Source: Anaerolinea thermophila | GTDB taxonomy: Bacteria; Chloroflexota; Anaerolineae; Anaerolineales; DRKV01 | Reading direction: 5' to 3' | Length of the DNA stretch: 27,072 nucleotides | NCBI GenBank assembly: GCA_020722405.1 | Contig: DYKW01000001.1 | Span: 18,880 to 45,951, forward strand | Shown here: positions 19,392-26,907 of the stretch, in pieces | How positions within the stretch are numbered: the first letter of the stretch is position 1 | How the letters are laid out: every line of letters begins with the position of its first letter | The notes under the pieces: generated by a model | Seen by the model: only the letters and a program-made list of their open reading frames with translations | Told to the model about the DNA's origin: nothing | Databases searched by the model: none | Translations under genes and position numbers: made by a program

Positions 19392-21035
19392 TCAGGTAGT
19401 TTTCTGGTTTGAGGTATCTTCGCGTAATTGAATGCGCACACGCTGTAAGCGCAGGGCTCGTTGGATTTCGCTTGCACTGATGCGCAGAATGGTTTCCATG
19501 TCCAAACTGGCACGTACTTGCTCGGTAATGGTCGTTACGACTTGTTCGCGTTGAGCCTGCTGTAAGGTTTCGCTTACCAAACGCGCGTTTTCTAGTGCTT
19601 GAGCAGTTTGCGTGGCAATGGCTTGGGCAAATGCCCGATCGCTTTCATCCCAGGGTTGGCCGCCTTCCAGGGTAACTTCCCCAATGGTGACACCGCGTAG
19701 CGTTAAGGGAATACGCATGGTGCGAGTTTCAGAGATGACATTGGCGGCCAGCGGGTTTTCCAACTCATGTTCCAATTTTTGCCCCAGGGTGGTTCTGTGT
19801 TGCCATGCAGTTATTAGATATTGTTGGTTGAAGCGTTGTACTTGTTCCAGGGAGCGTTGTAATTGTTGTACTAACTGTACATTATTAATGGCGGTTGCCA
19901 ATGAGTTGGCAATGTTTTCCAGAATGGTGATATCTGTTTGATCGAAAGCATTTGGCCGTTCAGATTGGATGGTCAAGGCACCCCATACTTGGTCTCCCAG
20001 CATAATCGGTAGTGCCAGTTCAGAACGAGTCAATGGTAGCAACGGGTTGTTGAAACGAATGGCTTCTACTCCAGTATCCAGGGCTATACGCGCTTTGCGG
20101 TTTGCAATACACCAACCGATCATGGACGAACCACCAATGGCGAGTTTGTGACCGGCTATGTGCATTTTTTTGCCCGCTTCTCCGGTCCCTGCGTATAGGA
20201 TGGCATAGAGTCCCTGTTCGTCTATTAGAAAGACGCCACAGTAATACAATTGGAAACGTTCGCGCAACAGGTTTACCACGGTCGTCAGTAGAGAATCCAG
20301 GGTGGGAGCACGTCCTAATATGGCGGATATCTCTGCTGCTATATATAATTGTTCCTGACGATGCTCCATTTGTGTGGTATATGTTAGGTCCCGTTGGTGC
20401 TTTTCCTCTAGTTCGAGCGCAGTGTTTTGGTATTTTTTGGATGTATGGCCTAGTGTATTTACCAATGCCGCGATGCTGCTTACCAACACAACACTTATTA
20501 CCAAATAGGATGTACTGGTAGTCAACCAAGTTGTAAACTCTCCAGGCAACCCGACTTTTGTAAAGACGGGAGGGGGAATAATTTGGTATGTCATTAAAGC
20601 GCCGATGAAAAGCAGTGTAATGGTACTAAATAATGTTGCAACTAGACCAAAACCTAGCCCTAGGAAGAGGGTGCTGACGACCACCATGCCGAGCAACCAA
20701 ATACGACCATCACCAGCCGTAGCAAATTGTAAAGAGGCGCTGGTGCCAAGCACATATAATATCCCTACGACACTAACAACCTTCAAATGATAAGGCACGC
20801 GCTTGGTAAAGGCAATGAAAATTAGCCAGGCCGCTACCAGTGCATATATGGCAAGGTATCCCCAGGCTCTATTTTCGAGCATAGATGACAAATTGGTAAG
20901 GAGTGCTAGCATGCCAAACAAGCAAGAGACACGCAGGATGACAATGAGCAATGCTTCTCGTATTTCTTCCAGGGTGTAGCGATCTTGGAAGGAGTCTGGG
21001 ACAAAGAAGGCTTGCAAACGCGACCAAAAAGTCAT
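19392..21035 (-). CDS. Integral-membrane sensor (about 6 TM) + GAF1 + short GAF2 + truncated GAF tail; no output domain
   Basis: Hydrophobic N-terminal ~195 aa (AGDGRIWLLG...); GAF1 YYCGVFLID...NPLLPLTRSELALPI; tail QAQREQVVTTITEQVRASLDMETILRISASEIQRAL. Confidence 0.9.
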   Translation of the reverse strand: MTFWSRLQAFFVPDSFQDRYTLEEIREALLIVILRVSCLFGMLALLTNLSSMLENRAWGYLAIYALVAAWLIFIAFTKRVPYHLKVVSVVGILYVLGTSASLQFATAGDGRIWLLGMVVVSTLFLGLGFGLVATLFSTITLLFIGALMTYQIIPPPVFTKVGLPGEFTTWLTTSTSYLVISVVLVSSIAALVNTLGHTSKKYQNTALELEEKHQRDLTYTTQMEHRQEQLYIAAEISAILGRAPTLDSLLTTVVNLLRERFQLYYCGVFLIDEQGLYAILYAGTGEAGKKMHIAGHKLAIGGSSMIGWCIANRKARIALDTGVEAIRFNNPLLPLTRSELALPIMLGDQVWGALTIQSERPNAFDQTDITILENIANSLATAINNVQLVQQLQRSLEQVQRFNQQYLITAWQHRTTLGQKLEHELENPLAANVISETRTMRIPLTLRGVTIGEVTLEGGQPWDESDRAFAQAIATQTAQALENARLVSETLQQAQREQVVTTITEQVRASLDMETILRISASEIQRALRLQRVRIQLREDTSNQKTT

Positions 21036-23125
21036 TCGATACCCTCCTGGAGTTCGCCTGCCGAATCGGGTTGCGGTGAGGCGCTTGAAATTTCAGGGGA
21101 ATGGAGTTTAATGGACACGCGGCGTGCTCCTAAGTGACGACTTAGTTCCTGGGAGGCTGCATCCAGGATAGTTTGAACATCAAGGGAGGCGCGAACTTTT
21201 TCCGTAGCAGCATATAGTAAACGTTCGCGTTCCGTTTGTGTGCGGGCATCTGCAATGAGACTGGCATTACGAATGGCGATGGCTACCTGAGGGGCCAGTG
21301 TATTCAACAGCATCAGATCATCGTGGTTGAAGGCATTTTCGTGTTCGGTATCCTGGACATTTAGTACACCAATGACTTCGCCACCAACCATAAGTGGCAC
21401 CCCTAGCCAGGATTTGGCAAGTTTACCGTGTTGTTTCGCGCCTAATTCCAAGGCTTTGCGTTCGGTGTCTTCTACGAGCATTAAAGGCTTCTTTTCGCGA
21501 ATCACGATAGACGTTAACCCTTCACCTAACGGAATAGGATCCAGTTGCTCTATCTCACCGTCCTCGTACAAGTAAGGGATTTGTATGGTTTGAGTTTTGG
21601 GTGAATATATGGCAATGTAGAAGGCCACATCACCTATTACACGACTGACTTCCCGGTGAGTGACACTATAAAGGCGGTTAAGGTCAGTTTCAGTAGCCAG
21701 TGCCTGACCAACGGTACTAATTACCGAGAGATTAGAGACTTGCTCTTGTGTGCCGTGAATGGCGTCGATTTTTTCCAAAGCCACCCTGGCAAACTCTATC
21801 AAACTGACGTAGGGTTGCAAAACCGCGGGGGTCAATATTCCATTATCGCGGGCTCCCAAGATGTAAAGGGCGGCGAGGTGTTTTCCGCGCCATAAGGGAA
21901 TATAGGCGACTTCTTCACATTTTAGTTCACGCGGAACGTGTATCAGCACCGCTGGTAAGGTCGTCTCACTAAAATTAGAAATTAGCAAATAGCGCTGATT
22001 TCTGGGGATGACGGATTCCATTTCCCTTAGGGTGTAGGGAATGTATTTGGGTTCGTCGAAAGTGTGGTAACTTTCCTTTGATGGGGAAATACCATGCAGA
22101 CGTAAACGGTCGTTTTCAACAAGCAGGGTAGCAGATTGGAAGGATGTTTGTGCAAAAGCATGGGTGACTTGCTCCAGGATAGATGGCGCATCGTCCATCT
22201 GGCTAATTTGATGGCTGATTTCATAAAGCAGGTTTATTTCCTGTAAATTGAGGCGGGTATTTTCGAGTAAACGTACGTTGCGAATTGCCGATGCAATTTG
22301 GTCTGCTAGTGTTTGCAGGATAACAATGTCGTCTTCATCAAATGCGTCTGACTCAGTGCTTTGTATATCTAATACCCCTAACACTTCCTCGCCTATAGAA
22401 AGTGGTATACAGGCTTCGGAGCGTGTCTGTGGTAGCAACTCATCTTGTAGAAAGAGTCCATCCGTGGAGGTGTCACTCACGACGTGCGGTTCGTTGTTGA
22501 CGGTAACCCACCCAATAACAGAACGTGAACCGACGGCCAATTTATAGTTGCGTTCTTTGAGTTCTTGTCCTGCACTTCCAGTTGCCTCGCTTAGCACAGC
22601 GAATTTCTTTTGATGATCAAGCAGGAAGATGGCGGCATAATAATATTCGAATTGCTCTACAACTCGCTCGACAGTGATTCTTAACAATTCGTCTAAGTGG
22701 GTAGTGCGCGTTGCCAAACGGGTAATCTCGGCGGCTGTTCGAAACTCTGTCAGACGATGTTGTAAGGCGCGAGTGCGTTCTTGTACTCGTTGCTCAAGTT
22801 GTTTGTTGGTTGTTTTGAGGGCAGTTTGTAGTTTGAGAATTTGCTCTGTGATGATTTGATCCAGTGTTGCCCGGTCAATAAAACGCAACTCAACGAGAAT
22901 TTGCCCTAGTAGGCGCGGGTTGCCGGCAATCGCATTTGCTTTCTGATAATTTAATGCTTGTTCCAATTGCTCGGTAGTCAGCAAGTTTTTCTCAATGAGG
23001 TAATCTCCCAGACGAGATACCAGAATTTCTGGTGTCACCGGTATATCAATACTATCTGTAGACGGGACAATATTGTCACTTAGTGGATTGCCCGACGAAG
23101 GTTGATGGAATTGATTGGAAGACAT
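21032..23125 (-). CDS. Soluble MshEN (c-di-GMP-binding type) + S-helix + three GAF + truncated GAF tail protein
   Basis: Residues 38-61 RLGDYLIEKNLLTTEQLEQALNYQ and 71-95 RLLGQILVELRFIDRATLDQIITEQ fit the tandem MshEN motif; LEQRVQERT; no TM segment; tail ERERLLYAATEKVRASLDVQTILDAASQELSRHL. Confidence 0.88.
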   Translation of the reverse strand: MSSNQFHQPSSGNPLSDNIVPSTDSIDIPVTPEILVSRLGDYLIEKNLLTTEQLEQALNYQKANAIAGNPRLLGQILVELRFIDRATLDQIITEQILKLQTALKTTNKQLEQRVQERTRALQHRLTEFRTAAEITRLATRTTHLDELLRITVERVVEQFEYYYAAIFLLDHQKKFAVLSEATGSAGQELKERNYKLAVGSRSVIGWVTVNNEPHVVSDTSTDGLFLQDELLPQTRSEACIPLSIGEEVLGVLDIQSTESDAFDEDDIVILQTLADQIASAIRNVRLLENTRLNLQEINLLYEISHQISQMDDAPSILEQVTHAFAQTSFQSATLLVENDRLRLHGISPSKESYHTFDEPKYIPYTLREMESVIPRNQRYLLISNFSETTLPAVLIHVPRELKCEEVAYIPLWRGKHLAALYILGARDNGILTPAVLQPYVSLIEFARVALEKIDAIHGTQEQVSNLSVISTVGQALATETDLNRLYSVTHREVSRVIGDVAFYIAIYSPKTQTIQIPYLYEDGEIEQLDPIPLGEGLTSIVIREKKPLMLVEDTERKALELGAKQHGKLAKSWLGVPLMVGGEVIGVLNVQDTEHENAFNHDDLMLLNTLAPQVAIAIRNASLIADARTQTERERLLYAATEKVRASLDVQTILDAASQELSRHLGARRVSIKLHSPEISSASPQPDSAGELQEGIE

Positions 23126-23148
23126 GGAATAATCCTAAGAAGTCGCCA

Positions 23149-23190
23149 TGAAAAATGATTTTCACCACCAGACATGAAAATCTATTTTTA
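23149..23190. promoter_or_regulatory. Two tandem palindromic boxes TGAAAA-N4-TTTT(C/T)A; putative operators
   Basis: TGAAAAATGATTTTCA (23149-23164) and TGAAAATCTATTTTTA (23175-23190), each preceded by CA and 26 bp apart, in the only sizeable gap upstream of the sensor array. Confidence 0.45.
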
Positions 23191-23245
23191 GATCAGTTTG
23201 GGAGATTTTTGATTGGTGTGCTATGAGAAGATGGAGAATATGGAG

Positions 23246-23704
23246 TTATCCGGTAATTTCCCAGACCGATTCACCTGCTAATATGCGGCGTATTTGATCT
23301 GGAAAACGATCAGGGTTGAGGGGTTTTCCGATAAACCCGTCAAAACCAGCCTCCCGTGCCTTTTTAATTTGTTCTAAACTGGCTTCAGCAGTGACAGCCA
23401 CCACTAAAGTGTCTTTCAGCCGTTTGGATGCCCGAATTTTCTTAAGTGCTCCGTATCCATCTTCATAGGGGAGGCGGATATCCATGAGCACTAAGTCGAC
23501 GTGTGGCAAAGTGTCGGCGTATTCGACAACCTCATATCCGGACGTTTTCCATTCGCAGTGAATACCCATGTAACCGAGCATACGGGCAATCAAAACAAAG
23601 TTGGAAACATTGTCTTCAACTACTAGAACAATGGCGTCATTGGGGATGATGTTCTCGTTTTTTGAGGATTGTGGAGATGGAGATGGAGATTCAGGAATTG
23701 ACAT
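23246..23704 (-). CDS. Single-domain response regulator receiver (DivK/CheY-like)
   Basis: VLVVEDN, DLVLMDIRLPYEDG (phospho-Asp), VTAEA, GFDGFIGKP; short Ser/Pro-rich N-terminal extension. Confidence 0.93.
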   Translation of the reverse strand: MSIPESPSPSPQSSKNENIIPNDAIVLVVEDNVSNFVLIARMLGYMGIHCEWKTSGYEVVEYADTLPHVDLVLMDIRLPYEDGYGALKKIRASKRLKDTLVVAVTAEASLEQIKKAREAGFDGFIGKPLNPDRFPDQIRRILAGESVWEITG

Positions 23705-23726
23705 GGTCTTATTTGGTGTAAATCAG

Positions 23727-24110
23727 TTAGCGGCCCAGATAGGTATTGATTTGCCTGGGCAGGCTGTCAACATCTATCGGTTTTTGAATGTAACCATCAC
23801 ATCCGGCATCTAGTGTGCGTTCTTTGTCTCCGCGCATTACATTGGCGGTTAACGCAACGATGGGCACACCTTTTAAATGTGGAATCTGTTTGAGTTTGGT
23901 GGTTAGCGTATAGCCGTCCATGTCTGGCATGTTGATGTCCACCAAAATTAAATCGGGGCGAAAATCTTTTTGGATGATTTCCAATGCTTGCAGTGCGTTT
24001 TCGGCCTCAACGACATTGAAGTCCTCAGCCATCAAAATGCGCCGGATGAGCAGACGGTTATCTGGGTTGTCTTCGACATATAGGATGGTAATGGTATCTT
24101 GATCAAACAT
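23727..24110 (-). CDS. Single-domain response regulator receiver (DivK-like)
   Basis: ILYVEDN, DLILVDINMPDMDG, LTANVMRGDKERTLDAGCDGYIQKPI; GGAG upstream. Confidence 0.95.
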   Translation of the reverse strand: MFDQDTITILYVEDNPDNRLLIRRILMAEDFNVVEAENALQALEIIQKDFRPDLILVDINMPDMDGYTLTTKLKQIPHLKGVPIVALTANVMRGDKERTLDAGCDGYIQKPIDVDSLPRQINTYLGR

Positions 24111-24130
24111 TTCTTTTTACTCCAGAATGA

Positions 24131-24139
24131 ATTTTAGCA
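24131..24139 (-). promoter_or_regulatory. Putative extended -10 promoter of the receiver/sensor locus
   Basis: Minus strand reads TG-C-TAAAAT just upstream of the GGAG RBS of 24110; no good -35 found. Confidence 0.4.
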
Positions 24140-24205
24140 CAAATACTTGCTATGCCCATAACACAAGCGTTACAGGTTATTTCGGGCACGTAGACGGATT
24201 TGTAA

Positions 24206-24233
24206 TAGACGCTGGATTTGCTTTTGGTATAGT
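24206..24233 (+). promoter_or_regulatory. Putative sigma70-type promoter of the Zn-ribbon ORF
   Basis: TAGACG-N16-TATAGT with an extended TG (TGGTATAGT). Confidence 0.45.
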
Positions 24234-24310
24234 TTACAGCGCAGGTTTAACCTGTTTCACGCAAATTCTGAGATGGTGCTATTGCATACCAAGCCTAAGA
24301 TGCTTCGATT

Positions 24311-24613
24311 ATGATTACGCGTGGTCAACCTTTTCTGACCTATACAGTGTGTGATGTTTGTGGTTTTCGTTTAATGCGTGTAGAGCACACTGCTACAACA
24401 GGCCAGTTCCATGCATTTTGCCCTGTGTGTGGGCAAGAATGCAATGAGCATGGCGTACAACGGGAAGGTACCAGACTGGCGACGCAGGGGCGGTATCAGG
24501 CCTGGATGGCTTGGCTGCAAAGTGTGGGGCTAAGTTACGATGAATTACAGCACGTCTACCACCTGAACATGTCAGATTTCTTTGATGACGCTGTCACCGG
24601 GACACACATATGA
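24311..24613 (+). CDS. Small hypothetical Zn-ribbon protein
   Basis: C14-DV-C17 and C37-PV-C40 pairs; fills an otherwise empty gap in divergent orientation; candidate promoter upstream; weak RBS. Confidence 0.6.
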   Translation: MITRGQPFLTYTVCDVCGFRLMRVEHTATTGQFHAFCPVCGQECNEHGVQREGTRLATQGRYQAWMAWLQSVGLSYDELQHVYHLNMSDFFDDAVTGTHI

Positions 24614-24673
24614 TTATAAGGTAAGAGCGGCAAATTGCGTAGTCATTTAGTCCGTTTTCTTGAGGCAACGCTT

Positions 24674-24709
24674 AAAAAGACAAAGCACACTGATAATTCA
24701 GTGTGCTTT
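24674..24709 (-). terminator. Rho-independent terminator after tRNA-Gly
   Basis: Perfect 12-bp stem AAAGCACACTGA-ATTA-TCAGTGTGCTTT followed by GTCTTTTT on the minus strand. Confidence 0.85.
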
Positions 24710-24710
24710 A

Positions 24711-24782
24711 AGCGGGCGATGGGACTCGAACCCACGACATTCAGCTTGGGAAGCTGACGTTCTACCACTGAACTACGCCCGC
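24711..24782 (-). tRNA. tRNA-Gly (anticodon CCC); CCA not encoded
   Basis: GCGGGCGTAGTTCAGTGGTAGAACGTCAGCTTCCCAAGCTGAATGTCGTGGGTTCGAGTCCCATCGCCCGCT: 7-bp acceptor stem, CAGC/GCTG anticodon stem around TTCCCAA, GTTCGA T-loop, U73 discriminator. Confidence 0.97.
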
Positions 24783-24796
24783 ATGCTGTGAGCGGT

Positions 24797-24825
24797 ATTA
24801 TAGTCAGCCTGAGGGGTTGTGTCAA
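24797..24825 (-). promoter_or_regulatory. Consensus sigma70 promoter of tRNA-Gly
   Basis: TTGACA-CAACCCCTCAGGCTGAC(17 nt)-TATAAT, followed by a GC-rich CCGCTC discriminator-like stretch. Confidence 0.9.
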
Positions 24826-24857
24826 GGTGAGATTTGTGAATTTAGCGTTTCCAGAAT

Positions 24858-25469
24858 TTAATGTACATTCTCAGTTTGTTGTGCTGTCTGGATAAATGTG
24901 TCTATGTCCTTGGATAGCATTAAAGGTAAGAATGCTACTATTTTTTCCCGTGGCCAATTCCACCACTGGATCATTTCCAATGCTTGTATCTGTTCATGTG
25001 TGAAACGATAGTGAATGATTTTGGCAGGATTCCCTGTTGCTATGGCATAGGGAGGAATATTACGAGTAACAACACTTCGCGCTGCAATAACTGCTCCGTT
25101 TCCTATATTAACACCAGAGAGAATCATTGCATCTTTCCCAAGCCAAACATCATTGCCAATAATTACATCTCCTTTAGAACGAGGATGTCCGGAAATGTTT
25201 CTGGCTTCTGGGAATATGACGGGAAAAGGATAAGTAGTTGCCCAATCTACGCGATGTTCTCCACCTAATAGGATGACCACTCCTTCAGCAATCGAACAAA
25301 AACGACCGATTTCCAATCGTGTCCCTTCTCCCCAAGATAGTACTCTGGGAAAACCGTAAGTGTACTCCCCAATTTTATACTGACTAAGTGACGGGAGTGT
25401 TTTGGTGTAGATTGGTTTATGAGGAAAGAATATTTTCTTAAGTGTGTGTAATATCTTCTTGCACAACAT
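24858..25469 (-). CDS. CatB/Vat-related O-acetyltransferase (hexapeptide-repeat, xenobiotic acyltransferase family)
   Basis: IGEYTYG, LEIGRFCSIA, GGEHRVDWATTYPF, KGDVIIGNDVWLG...IGNGAVIAARSVVTRNIPPYAIATGNPAKII, IQWWNW. Confidence 0.9.
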   Translation of the reverse strand: MLCKKILHTLKKIFFPHKPIYTKTLPSLSQYKIGEYTYGFPRVLSWGEGTRLEIGRFCSIAEGVVILLGGEHRVDWATTYPFPVIFPEARNISGHPRSKGDVIIGNDVWLGKDAMILSGVNIGNGAVIAARSVVTRNIPPYAIATGNPAKIIHYRFTHEQIQALEMIQWWNWPREKIVAFLPLMLSKDIDTFIQTAQQTENVH

Positions 25470-25706
25470 AGTATTGAAATTGCAACTGGACTCCGGCGTT
25501 TTTTATTTGACCGCAGATTTACACGGGTTTTCGCCTTTGAGAGCAAAACTGTGCCGAAAGGCCAAACAAGACTATGAACTTTGTGAAAGCCTGAGGTGAG
25601 TGCTTACAGGAAAGCCGGATGAGGGAAAATCGCATGTCCAGTTTGACGAGGGGGAGTAGACTGTAATGTATTGAGACGCGAACGGGAAAACCCTGAAACG
25701 AGTCTA

Positions 25707-25734
25707 GTACTCTGTCAAGCGTGATTTGATGGGT
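25707..25734 (+). repeat. IS630 left inverted repeat
   Basis: GTACTCTGTCAAGCGTGATTTGATGGGT. Confidence 0.9.
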
Positions 25735-25777
25735 TAGGCTGATTGTGGTATCCTGCTTTCCAAAAAAAGGAGGCAGG

Positions 25778-26899
25778 ATGGCCAAGAGATACATCGTCAC
25801 CTTGAGTGCCGAGGAGCAACAGACCTTACACAATCTGACTAACTCTGGCACTCACCGCGCCCGCAAAATCACTCATGCGCGTATTCTCCTCAAGGTTGGT
25901 GAAGGTTGGTCGGATCAACAAATCAGTGACGCATTGGATGTGAGTGTCTCAACCATCGAACGGGTGCGCCAGCACTTTGTGCTGGATGGGTTGGAGGCTG
26001 CTCTAAATCGGCGTTCCCCTGTCCGCGAGTACAGCCGAAAGTTCGACGGTGAGCGAGAAGCACATCTGATTGCCCTGGTTTGTGGCAAGCCGCCTGACGG
26101 ACATGCGCGCTGGAGTCTGCGCTTGCTGGCTGACCAACTGGTGGAGTTAGAGTACATTGACAGCGTCTCGCACGAAACCGTCCGACAGGTCTTGAACGAC
26201 AACGAACTGAAGCCTTGGCTCAAGAAGGAATGGTGTATTCCGCCGCAAGCCAATGCCGAGTTTGTTTACCATATAGAAGGCGTGTTGGACGTGTACAAAC
26301 GCGCTGCGGAGCCGACCCATCTCATCGTGTGTTTTGACGAGATCCCCGAACAACTGGTAAGCGAGACACGGTTGCCACTCCCGGCAGAACCAGGCCAGCC
26401 GAAACGTTACGATTATGAGTATCGTCGCGAGGGGGTCGTCAATTTGTTTATGTTCTTCGCTCCTCTGCAAAATTGGCGGCACGTCAAAGTCACCGATTGG
26501 CGCACCAAAGCCGACTGGGCCGAATGTATGCGTGACTTGGTTGACGTCCACTTTCCTGACGCTGAAAAGGTCACTGTGGTCCAAGATCAACTGAACACGC
26601 ATGACCCAGCGGCCTTGTACGAGGTGTTTCCACCGGCCGAGGCAAAGCGTATTCTGGATCGGTTGGAGTTCCACTTTACACCCAAGCATGGCAGTTGGCT
26701 CAACATGGCGGAGATCGAACTCAGCGTACTTAATCAACAATGTCTTGACCGATATATCTCCGACAAGCTAACCTTGGCTGAGGAAACACTGGCTTGGGAG
26801 ACGAGGCGTAATGGCAATGGTGCAACCGTCAACTGGCGTTTCACAACCGAAGATGCCCGTATCAAACTCAAGCGCCTCTACCCATCAATTCAGCCTTGA
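25778..26899 (+). CDS. IS630-family transposase
   Basis: N-terminal HTH RARILLK...TIERVRQHFV, WSLRLLA; DDE segments VCFDE, VVQDQLNTH and PKHGSWLNMAEIELS. ATG 25778 follows GGAGG; the track starts at 25745. Confidence 0.93.
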   Translation: MAKRYIVTLSAEEQQTLHNLTNSGTHRARKITHARILLKVGEGWSDQQISDALDVSVSTIERVRQHFVLDGLEAALNRRSPVREYSRKFDGEREAHLIALVCGKPPDGHARWSLRLLADQLVELEYIDSVSHETVRQVLNDNELKPWLKKEWCIPPQANAEFVYHIEGVLDVYKRAAEPTHLIVCFDEIPEQLVSETRLPLPAEPGQPKRYDYEYRREGVVNLFMFFAPLQNWRHVKVTDWRTKADWAECMRDLVDVHFPDAEKVTVVQDQLNTHDPAALYEVFPPAEAKRILDRLEFHFTPKHGSWLNMAEIELSVLNQQCLDRYISDKLTLAEETLAWETRRNGNGATVNWRFTTEDARIKLKRLYPSIQP

Positions 26900-26907
26900 C
26901 AGAGTAC
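26880..26907 (-). repeat. IS630 right inverted repeat
   Basis: Reverse complement GTACTCTGTCAAGGCTGAATTGATGGGT; overlaps the transposase 3' end. Confidence 0.9.

Larger units (their letters stand above)
25707..26907 (+). mobile_element. IS630-family insertion sequence with TA target duplication
   Basis: 28-bp terminal inverted repeats with 25/28 identity; TA at 25705-25706 and 26908-26909 (CTAG context at both ends); single transposase ORF. Confidence 0.95.

Noticed and set aside
1570-21035. Calling the HAMP proteins methyl-accepting chemotaxis proteins or histidine kinases
   Set aside because: There is no MCP hairpin-tip motif, no H-box or N/G boxes, and no cheA/cheW in the window.
1570-23125. 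GAF domains as phytochrome/cyanobacteriochrome photosensors
   Set aside because: No conserved bilin-attachment Cys and no DIP/CH motif in any copy.
23673-23690. (GGAGAT)x3 microsatellite
   Set aside because: It is in frame, encodes an SPSPSP linker of the receiver, and is too short to imply phase variation.
1498-24102. The many 60-170 aa ORFs overlapping the large minus-strand genes
   Set aside because: They are antisense or off-frame to genes with clear domain content and show no recognisable motifs.
24253-24268. parS-like word TGTTTCACGCAAATTC
   Set aside because: Only 11/16 matches to TGTTTCACGTGAAACA; the second half-site is absent and there is no parB.
24127-24354. 75-aa plus-strand ORF, and the 60-aa ORF at 24643-24825
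   Set aside because: The first spans promoter DNA without motifs; the second is a read-through of the tRNA and terminator.
24858-25469. Naming the gene catB or vat (resistance)
   Set aside because: Family motifs alone do not define the substrate.
25519-26740. Minus-strand ORFs of 110, 112 and 197 aa
   Set aside because: They are antisense to the IS630 transposase and intron RNA, with no domain signal.
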